Source of the DNA: Smithellaceae bacterium
GTDB lineage: Bacteria > Desulfobacterota > Syntrophia > Syntrophales > Smithellaceae
NCBI GenBank assembly: GCA_963667845.2
Contig: CAXXVL010000001.1
Coordinates: 928,001-992,000 of the forward strand
Length of the DNA stretch: 64,000 nucleotides
Reading direction: 5' to 3'
The notes beneath the pieces are model-generated. The model was not told the origin of the DNA, ran no database searches, and saw only the letters and a list, made by a program, of their open reading frames with translations. Both the position numbers and the translations under genes were made by a program. Positions 29,193-38,118 of this stretch are shown here, piece after piece. Position 1 is the first letter of the stretch. Every line of letters begins with the position of its first letter.

Positions 29193-29644
29193 GAGCCTTG
29201 ACACTAAACTGAAGAAAAAAAGTGTATGGGAACTATGCCCCATCGGCGTTAAAAAATTACCGTCATTTTCACATCGATCCCAAGCTACAGCTTGGAAACA
29301 AGATAAAAAGCGCGGCTGAAGCTACGCGCTACGTTCTTGGGGTGCGCAGCTAATCACCTGAATGTGACGCGAGCTACGCAGCACGTTTGATGGTTGGATG
29401 TGATGGTTGAATGTAGGCCGGGTCTTGAGACCCGCAGAGTTTGTGCACATGGAATTGAATCATTGTGCCGTAGCCATCATGATGATAGCCCCGAAAAGTT
29501 CTGATTCAATCGAAGGACGAATGAACCAGCAAAAACAAGCAAAAAGATTGAAGTGACAAAGGAAAGGCTAGGCCCGCCTCCAAAGCAATCGGGTCAGTGT
29601 CAGGGTGATATAAATCAGATATTCAAATTTATCGGAAACACAGA

Positions 29645-32600
29645 ATGAAGAGCTGCCCTTTTTGCGCTGAAGAAATCAAGGAAGAAGCCATCAAGTGCCG
29701 TTATTGCGGCTCGATGGTGAATGAGCCGATGGCGGACATTCGACCGGCCAATTATGCTGCTGCGAACTCCATTTTATCATTTGAGTCTGATCCGTTTGAC
29801 GATCCTTATCGGATTACCATGAGCAACCTGGATGCCGGGGTGAAGATCGGTGAGCGCTACCTGATCAGGTTGAGACTGGGCAGAGGGGGGATGGGTGAGG
29901 TTTATTTAACGGAGGACACGCAGCTCAACGGAGCCAGGCGGGCGGTGAAGGTATTACCGGATAAACTGGCAGAAGACCCCAAGGCCGTGAACCGGTTGAA
30001 GGAAGAAGCCAGTCTGGCGATGGAACTGAATCATCCTGGCATTGTGAGATTGTACAATTACGAGAACAGCGGGAAAGTCCATTATTTAGTGATGGAATAC
30101 GTAAACGGGATCGATTTAAACACCTATATCGGGGTGAAGAAGAAAGTAAACGAGACACAGGCAAGACGGATCGGATTGGCAATCGCAGAGGCCTTGCGGA
30201 TACCCCATCACCATACACCGGCGATCGTACACCGGGACATCAAGCCGTCGAACATCCTGCTGGAATGGCCGGAACTGAACATAGAACAGATTAAGGGAAA
30301 AAAGGTTTCCGACATCCTCGGGGGAGATATACCAGATATAGAAAGAGCTGGTGTTCGGCTTGCCGATTTCGGGATAGCCCGTCAGGTTCGGGACAGCATG
30401 AGCACACTGGGATTGGTACAGGACACATCGGGCACTTTGTTGTACATGTCCCCCGAGCAGATACGCGGGAAGGGGATCGACACCCGGACGGACTTATATT
30501 CATTGGGGGTGACTTTGTATGAGCTGTTGTCCGGAGACCCGCCATTTGTCGGGGCATCAGCAACACACCAGATACTGGAGGAAACCCCTGAACCGATCAA
30601 AGGGATCAGCGAAGAATTAAACGCCATCATCCTTAAGTTATTAGAGAAGGACAAGGAGAAACGTTTTCAGAACACCGGAGAATTGATAGGTCGCCTGAGG
30701 AAAGAAGGCGCATCCAACCTTTCAAAGGAGAAGAAAAAGAGCTCTAAAGATGAAGCGGTCAAAGGAACTGATGCAATATTTGGAGGTAACGTTCATCTGT
30801 CTGTTAAGACCAGTGAGAACTGCGGGATATGGATCGATGACATCAGGGTGGGAGAAACAAAAAACAGGACCCTTATATTTAAAGACATCAGGAGTGGCAG
30901 GCATAGGATCGAGGGGAGAACGAGATATCAGCGGGCGATTGATGAGGTGGAGTTTAAGCCGAATGGTGTCGGAAATCTGAATCTTATCCTGCAGGATGTA
31001 TTATGTGATTTACGGGCGATATCGGACGGGATTGATTATGAGTTGACCCTGGACGGGAAGAACCATGAATGTCCCAAGCTGATCGAGCAGATACCTGCCG
31101 GGAAGAAGACAGTAACGATCAAGACGAGGGACGTGTCTTTTAATGAAGAGATCGAGCTGCTTTATGACGAAGTGAACGAATATGAACTGACCGAAGTAAA
31201 GCTCAAAGAAGTTATAGATAATAGAAAAGAAGAACTCGTGCGCTGTTTACAGGATTCCATAAGAACCCGGTCCATCGGGAATACGGATGAATGGATTGCC
31301 GAACTACGCAAACTGGATCAGGTCAGGGGGAAAGTATACCAGGCCAATCTTAACAACCTTCGCCTGAAGATTAGGGAAGAGGACAACCTTTGGCGGGCGA
31401 CGGAAAAAACAAAAAAATTGGACGCCTATAATGAATATATAAAAAAGTATCCATCAGGTCGTTACCTCCAAACGGCGAAAGACAGACTTGATGGGATCAG
31501 GAAGCGAGAAGCTGAGGAAGCCAGGCAAAGGCAGATAAAAGAGGAAGACAACTTCTGGCAGATGACGGGGCAGAAGGGCACATGGGATGCATACACTAAC
31601 TATGTCAAGAAGTATCCTGATGGCCGATACACCAAAGAGGCAAAAGTAGCACTTGACGAAATTAATCGCTGGGAACGGGAATCTGAGGAAGCCAGACAAA
31701 GGGAGATAAAAGCTGAAGACGACTATTGGCAGGCGGTGGAAAAGAAGAGAACCCGTGATGCCTACAATGAATATATGAAAAAATACCCATTAGGACGTTA
31801 CTTCCAAGAGGCAAATGACAACCTTGATGAGATAAAGAAACGGGAATCTGAGGAAGCCAGACAAAGGGAGATAAAAGCTGAAGACGACTATTGGCAGGCG
31901 GTGGAAAAGAAGAGAACCCGTGATGCCTACAATGAATATATGAAAAAATACCCATCAGGACGTTACTTCCAAGAGGCAAATGACAACCTTGGTGAGATAA
32001 AGAAACGGGAATCTGAGGAAGCCAGACAAAGGGAGATAAAAGCTGAAGACGACTATTGGCAGGCGGTGGAAAAGAAGAGAACCCGTGATGCCTACAATGA
32101 ATATATGAAAAAATACCCATCAGGACGTTACTTCCAAGAGGCAAATGACAACCTTGGTGAGATAAAGAAACGGGAATCTGATGAAGCGAGGCAAAGGGAG
32201 ATAAAAGCTGAAGATGACTTTTGGCAGGCTGCAAAAAAAAGTGAAACCAAAGAAGCTTACGAAGAATACATAAAAAAGTATCCTCACGGGCGTTACACTC
32301 AATTGGCAAAAGCTGCAATCGAAGAGATCATGAAGCGGAAAACGGAGGATAGGTATAGATATTTTATTAAGGCAGGTAATAGATCTTATAACAAAGGCAA
32401 CTATGACCGGGCGATAGAGGATTATGGTAAAGCAATAAATCTGTATCCAAAGAATGCTGCTGCATACAATAGTCGGGGACATATGTGGAGGAGGAAACGC
32501 AACTATGATCGGGCGATCGAAGATTATAGTAAAGCAATAGAGCTGGATCCCCAAAACACTACTGCATACGATAGCCGGGCATGTGTGTGGAAAGACAAAG

Positions 32601-33259
32601 GCAACTATGATCGGGCGATAGAGGATTATACAAAGTTGATAGAGCTGGATCCGAAAAATGTTAACGTATACAGTAACCGGGTATCCGTGTGGAAAAACAA
32701 AGGCGACTATGGCCGAGCGATAGAGGATTATACAAAGTTGATAGAGCTGGATCCAAAAAGTATTAATGTATATAATAAACGGGGAAATTGTTGGGTGAAA
32801 AATGGCAACTATGATCGGGCGATAGAGGATTATAGTAAAGCAATAGAGCTGAATCCACAAAATACTGTTGCATACTATTATCGAGCATGTGTGTGGAAAG
32901 ACAAAGGCAACTATGATCGGGCGATAGAGGATTATACAAAGTTGATAGAGCTGGATCCGAAACATGTATCCGCATACATTAATCGGGGAGATGCTTGGAA
33001 GAAAAATGGCAACTATGATTGGGCGATCGAGGATTATAATAAGGCAATAGAGCTGTATCCAGAAAATGCTTTAGCATATGATAGCCGGGCATCTGTGTGG
33101 GAAAACAAAGGCGACCATGACCGTGCTATCAGGGATTATACAAAAGCGATAGCACTGGATCCGAAACTTGCTGATGTATATAATAATCGGGGTGAGGCAT
33201 GGAAAACTAAAGGTAATTGGTCAATGCTGAAGATGATTACCAAATGGATTGGAAAATGA
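29645..33259 (+). CDS. Zn-ribbon/Ser-Thr kinase (cassette 2) + PEGA-like + 55-aa YPxGRY repeats + TPRs
   Basis: First ~553 aa identical to ORF 16017; then tandem repeats and about eight TPRs. Confidence 0.9.
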   Translation: MKSCPFCAEEIKEEAIKCRYCGSMVNEPMADIRPANYAAANSILSFESDPFDDPYRITMSNLDAGVKIGERYLIRLRLGRGGMGEVYLTEDTQLNGARRAVKVLPDKLAEDPKAVNRLKEEASLAMELNHPGIVRLYNYENSGKVHYLVMEYVNGIDLNTYIGVKKKVNETQARRIGLAIAEALRIPHHHTPAIVHRDIKPSNILLEWPELNIEQIKGKKVSDILGGDIPDIERAGVRLADFGIARQVRDSMSTLGLVQDTSGTLLYMSPEQIRGKGIDTRTDLYSLGVTLYELLSGDPPFVGASATHQILEETPEPIKGISEELNAIILKLLEKDKEKRFQNTGELIGRLRKEGASNLSKEKKKSSKDEAVKGTDAIFGGNVHLSVKTSENCGIWIDDIRVGETKNRTLIFKDIRSGRHRIEGRTRYQRAIDEVEFKPNGVGNLNLILQDVLCDLRAISDGIDYELTLDGKNHECPKLIEQIPAGKKTVTIKTRDVSFNEEIELLYDEVNEYELTEVKLKEVIDNRKEELVRCLQDSIRTRSIGNTDEWIAELRKLDQVRGKVYQANLNNLRLKIREEDNLWRATEKTKKLDAYNEYIKKYPSGRYLQTAKDRLDGIRKREAEEARQRQIKEEDNFWQMTGQKGTWDAYTNYVKKYPDGRYTKEAKVALDEINRWERESEEARQREIKAEDDYWQAVEKKRTRDAYNEYMKKYPLGRYFQEANDNLDEIKKRESEEARQREIKAEDDYWQAVEKKRTRDAYNEYMKKYPSGRYFQEANDNLGEIKKRESEEARQREIKAEDDYWQAVEKKRTRDAYNEYMKKYPSGRYFQEANDNLGEIKKRESDEARQREIKAEDDFWQAAKKSETKEAYEEYIKKYPHGRYTQLAKAAIEEIMKRKTEDRYRYFIKAGNRSYNKGNYDRAIEDYGKAINLYPKNAAAYNSRGHMWRRKRNYDRAIEDYSKAIELDPQNTTAYDSRACVWKDKGNYDRAIEDYTKLIELDPKNVNVYSNRVSVWKNKGDYGRAIEDYTKLIELDPKSINVYNKRGNCWVKNGNYDRAIEDYSKAIELNPQNTVAYYYRACVWKDKGNYDRAIEDYTKLIELDPKHVSAYINRGDAWKKNGNYDWAIEDYNKAIELYPENALAYDSRASVWENKGDHDRAIRDYTKAIALDPKLADVYNNRGEAWKTKGNWSMLKMITKWIGK
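31675..32228 (+). repeat. 165-bp (55-aa) near-perfect tandem repeat, 3 copies plus a partial fourth
   Basis: Unit starts at 31675, 31840, 32005 and 32170. Confidence 0.9.
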
Positions 33260-33394
33260 CGAGGTATATGTAACCTGTTATATGCCTAAAGGGGGTGCTT
33301 CACAAAAATTTCATTGTAAAGAGTTAAGGAATTTAATAATAAAGTATTGGACTTAAGGCAGCGATATAAAAGCCCAAAGGAGAGTTCCCGCCTA

Positions 33395-35548
33395 ATGAAG
33401 CGATGTCCCTATTGTGCAGAAAAAATTCAGGAGATTGCGATCAAGTGCAAGGATTGTGGATCGATGCTGCACATGCCGTAACCTGATAGCGAAGGTGAAC
33501 CCGACGAATTTGATGATCCCAACCGCCATACTGTTACAAATCTAAATAAAGGGATGTTGATCGGCGAACGCTATTTGATCCGTTTCAAGCTGGGCGAAGA
33601 CGGCATAGGGCAGGTCTGCCTGACGGAGGATCAGGAATTAGAGGGGGCTATACGGGCGATTAAGCTATTACCAGATAAGTTAACGGAAGATATTAAAGCC
33701 GTGAAGCGGTTGAAGGAAGAAGCCCAGATAACGATGGAATTGAATCATGGCAACATCGTTCGGCTACATAATTACGAGAAGAAAGAGAAAACCCATTACC
33801 TGGTGATGAAGTATGTGAACGGGATAGACTTGAACACCTACATTGGGGTGAAGCGGAAGATCGGAGAGCAGTCCAGCAGACGGATTGGCATAGAACTAGC
33901 GAAGGCATTAAACGTAGCCCATGGACATAGACCGTCGATCATCCATCGGGACATCAAGCCAGCGAACATATTACTGGAATGGCCGGAGCTGGATATCGAG
34001 ACCATCCGGAGCCTGAAGAAGAAAGGGGCCGACCTTAGCCCTGAAGAACTACCGGATATAGATACAGCCGGGATCAGGCTAGCCGATTTTGGGATCGCCC
34101 GGCACGTCCGTGACAGCATGAGCAAGTACCGGAACTCATCCGATACCTCCGGGACGAAGCTGTACATGTCCCCCGAGCAGATTCGCGGGAAGGGTGTCGA
34201 TATCCGGTCGGACTTATATTCATTGGGGGCAACGCTGTATGAGCTGTTGTCGGGGACCCTCCATTCAGCGGTGAATCAGTAGAATACCAGATATTAAGTG
34301 AGAAACCCGATCCCATCGTCGGGATCAGCGCCGAATTAATTGCTATCCTCCTGAAGCTGTTGGAGAGGGACAAAGAGAACCGATACAAAGACGCGGAAGA
34401 ACTGATTGCTCGCCTGTCGGGAAAGACAAAGGAAGAGAAAGAACCTGAGAGAAATGAGATAAAGCAGGAAGATAACAGGCAGAAAGAAGAAAAGAGCAAA
34501 ATTGATTCAGCCACAACTGAGAAAAAAGAACCGGCCTTGGTCAAGTGTCCGGAATGTGGCAGACGCAATGATCAGAAAGACACATTTGAGTGCCGGATCT
34601 GCAAGCGGGATTACTTATGCAATGACCATTATGTCAAAGACATCCGGGCCTGTGAGGCATGCCGGGATGCAGACGATGAATTATGGACAACCTGTCTTGA
34701 GAATCAGGGATACATCAAGAAAAGCGATATAAAATTTCACGCAAAGGAAGCGAGGGAAGCCCAGGCGAGATATCAGAAAGAAGAGGAAGAAAAGAAGCAG
34801 GGCGAGATTATTAAAACAACAGCAAGAAGCCGCTGAACGGAGGGCAAGAGAAGAGGAATCGCAAAAGCAGTTTACCTCCTCCACACTGAATGCGCAGTTT
34901 GTATTAATCCCGGCCGGGACGTTTACCCTGGGCTCGCCTGAAGATGAAGAAGACCGAGCCAGCGACGAAACCCAGCATAAAGTGACGATCAGCAGACCGT
35001 TTTACATGCAGACGACGCCTGTGATGCAGGGTCAGTGGAAGAAGGTGATGGGGAACAATCCATCTAAATTCAAAGTAATGATCAATTACCCGCGGAAAAA
35101 GTATCGTGGAATGAGGTTTAGGAATTCGTTAAGAAGTTAAATAAAAGGGGAGGTACGGATAAATATAGATTACCGACAGAAGCCCAGTGGGAGTATGCGT
35201 GTCGAGCCGGGACAGAAGGCGCAAGATACGGGAAGATTAACGATGTTGCTTGGTATTATGGAAATTCTAACAACAAAACTCATCCCGTAGGCGAGAAGAA
35301 AGCGAATGCGTGGGGTTTGTATGACATACTGGGAAATGTCTGGGAGTGGGTTGATGACTAGTGGAAAATATCGGACAGGATCCGTTACCGACCCGATGGG
35401 GCCGTCTTCCGGTTTTAACCGCGTCGGTCGCGGCGGCAGTTGGGACTTCAGTGCCGACTACGCGCGCGCGGCGCTTCGCTTCAGGTTCTCACCGGACGAC
35501 CGTTTCAATTTCTTAGGTTTCCGGCTTGCCTTGCCCCCAGGTCAGTGA
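33395..35548 (+). pseudogene. Degraded Zn-ribbon/kinase (cassette 3) + Cys/His finger + FGE-sulfatase/CLec gene
   Basis: ATG 33395 gives MKRCPYC, with a premature TAA at ~33479. Frameshifts near 34258, ~34800 and ~35075; TAG stops near 35119 and 35359; ends GFRLALPPGQ*. Confidence 0.85.
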
Positions 35549-35752
35549 GCCAAGCAGGAATGGACGCATCTCTGACGTAATCAGGCCGAAGAGGGCGGGC
35601 CTGATTCGGAAGAGATGAAGCCCATGGAAGACGGTGCTTTTCAGATAATGATATCATTCGCTTTGTCCTTGAAATGCAATGGAAAAGAAGGGTAGATGTC
35701 TATGAAGAACTCCTGGTTCTTGCGCGAAACGATTAATATTGAGGTGATAGAG

Positions 35753-36739
35753 ATGAAATGTCCTAAATGTAATGCTAGTATATCCATTTTGGCTAAGAAG
35801 TGTCCAAAATGTTTAAGTCCAATCGTTGTCGAAGATATAAGCAGAATAAGCGAAGACGTAATATCTAATAGATTTAACAACATTAACAAGCGCATTGACG
35901 GAAGACTTGAAAAATTAAATTCGCGTCTTGAAAACAGGATTAAACTTCTACAGGATAAAGTGGCCCATCGTCTGTCATCCGATTACTTGTCGGAAGAAGA
36001 AATTGACTCATTATTTGATACAGAAATCATTCCTGAGCTTGAAGTCATTCAGGAAGGAGGCGATAAGAGCTCCCTTATTCATGATGTTGAAGAAGAAATT
36101 AAGAAGAATTTGGGTGATTCTGCATATAATCATTATAAGAAAAAAGGAGAAGATGTTCTGAAAATTATACGATCGGGTGAATTTTGTGTAAGATTGTTTA
36201 ATGGTCTTCCTTCAATTGATTTGTCTGTCATCATGTTTCCCTTCTTTAAGGCGGCGGAGAAATCCTGCTGGTTGTATACAAATAAAAGATACGAATCATT
36301 ATGCGGGGATCCTTTGATTAAACAGATAGATTCCTGGGTCAGTATAGACGCAAAGAACCTTCAAATAGAAAATGTCCCTGGCTGGATGAAAGATCGGACA
36401 AAGACAGTTACCGAAGTTATTCAAGGCTTATATATAAAGAAAGAATTCTTTACTGCTGGTTGCCTACGGACAGGGATTGCGCTGTATATATTTGGCCGGC
36501 GTTGGATTATGGAGATCTATCGCAATGACTTGTCCAGAGCTAAAAAATTCACAATTGAAAATATTCTCAAAGTTTCTGGCTCTGATGCTGAAAAGGAGAA
36601 TCTGGCTTCTGACCTCCAGCGGTTGCAGAAGTTAAGAAACGATCGCGTTCACAAAGAGGTCGAATCTGATGAAAAATACATGCTAATAAGCAAGGACCTT
36701 TCCTATCGTTGCCTGAGAAATATCACATTAATATTTTAA
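35753..36739 (+). CDS. Hypothetical protein with N-terminal zinc ribbon and coiled coil
   Basis: GAGGTG RBS; MKCPKC..KKCPKC; C-terminal RN.RVH (possible HEPN-like Rx4H). Confidence 0.7.
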   Translation: MKCPKCNASISILAKKCPKCLSPIVVEDISRISEDVISNRFNNINKRIDGRLEKLNSRLENRIKLLQDKVAHRLSSDYLSEEEIDSLFDTEIIPELEVIQEGGDKSSLIHDVEEEIKKNLGDSAYNHYKKKGEDVLKIIRSGEFCVRLFNGLPSIDLSVIMFPFFKAAEKSCWLYTNKRYESLCGDPLIKQIDSWVSIDAKNLQIENVPGWMKDRTKTVTEVIQGLYIKKEFFTAGCLRTGIALYIFGRRWIMEIYRNDLSRAKKFTIENILKVSGSDAEKENLASDLQRLQKLRNDRVHKEVESDEKYMLISKDLSYRCLRNITLIF

Positions 36740-37865
36740 ACATAAAGCAACAGAAATCCCAACATATAGTATATTTGTAAGAGGGGAATTGCCGTTTTTC
36801 TCGTTTAAGTTTACAGTCTCGAAAAATGACTTTTTTCAAGGATGACAAACTATTTTATTCTATAACTTATGGAACTAGTAATTTCCCATGAAGGTCCATC
36901 AACTACCCACCATTGTGGCAGTATCCGCCGGTTTATTCGTTGGCGAAGAATGGGTAGATAGATTTTTATTATCATCAAGATAAGCGCCTTCATTAACAAA
37001 CTGATCGCATGTCTGCACATACTCTATAATTATTAACGACGACTATTCTATATCATTTACAACTGTAAGAATTGTTCATTTACGAGGATTGGAATGATTA
37101 TCGTCTGGGATAATATGCATTGTCAAATAAGGAAAAGTTGCTGGGGAAAGAATACTAACAAATAAGTTTAGACAAAAAAATATTTTAAAAGAATTGTAAT
37201 AACTATTAATTATCAGCGTTATTTATAGATGAAAGAAAAAATATTGGTTTTTTTCTCAATATATTAAACCTGAAAGCTGTCGGTCAGAATGATGCCTAAT
37301 AAGTAAGGGAATTACAAGAAATAGTTCTTTATGGATTGACGATATAATTTTGACTGAAGATTACAAAATCAACAGAAACACTCTTATCGAACGGAGAATG
37401 AAATGGGAAATGCTGCCAGGAAAAGACAAAAGGGGCAAAGTCGATATCTTGTAAAAATTACTATCATGCAGCGTGAGATGTTTCCGGAAAAATGGGGGCC
37501 AGGAGGTTCAGTCCTGGCTAAGCGAAATCAAGCTGGTGCTGGAGGAATGGGAGCGCGGAGGTGATACGGCCAGGGAAGGTATCTTTGATCTTGTTAACAC
37601 GGTCATGCAGACGTTGGCTGTATGCTGGTCTTCTATTTATTGCCAATACGCAAAACCCGCATACGAAACACTGTGCAATGAATAGTGTGCTGGCGTTGCT
37701 AATATTGTTGAGCAGCGTCTTCACAAGTTATCCAATTTCGATTCTATGAAAACAACGCCAGAAGTTGATCCAAAGAATATATGTTGTTCCGTTTTGTAAT
37801 CTTTCTTCAAAATAATCGTTATTCCTTGTTGGAAGTTATTTTAAATCACTAAGAAAGGAGGATCC

Positions 37866-38102
37866 ATGACCCAAGAGGTATCTGGATGCCAGAAAACAGT
37901 CGATGCATGGGAGCCGAGGGCGGATGCTGCATTGGATTCGAAGAAAGACAAAAAAGAAAATAAGGTTATACAGGGCTTTCAAAAGCAGCAGGCGGCCAAC
38001 TTGCTTGTTAAGGAAAGTCTGGCGCGGGAGCTGGCGGAGCTGGAACTGCCGGCATCAGTTATCCATCAGATTCTGAACATTGAAGATGAATTGCCGTTTT
38101 AA
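37866..38102 (+). CDS. Small hypothetical protein
   Basis: AAGGAGG RBS; 78 aa; directly upstream of the ATPase gene. Confidence 0.6.
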   Translation: MTQEVSGCQKTVDAWEPRADAALDSKKDKKENKVIQGFQKQQAANLLVKESLARELAELELPASVIHQILNIEDELPF

Positions 38103-38118
38103 TAATCAGGGGGAAAAG

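Noticed and set aside
1904..29530. Integron attC interpretation of the intergenic element
   Set aside because: No RYYYAAC/GTTRRRY core sites and no integron integrase.
24245..32965. Long antisense ORFs (24245-24814, 25808-26476, 31662-32318, 32120-32965)
   Set aside because: These are shadows of repetitive sense-strand coding regions.
36899..36963. Possible IS200/IS605 end (TCAACTACCCA..TGGGTAGAT)
   Set aside because: Only a short imperfect IR, with no tnpA/tnpB nearby.
37398..37749. Short ORFs or possible pseudogene
   Set aside because: Interrupted frame with no recognisable family; cannot be supported.
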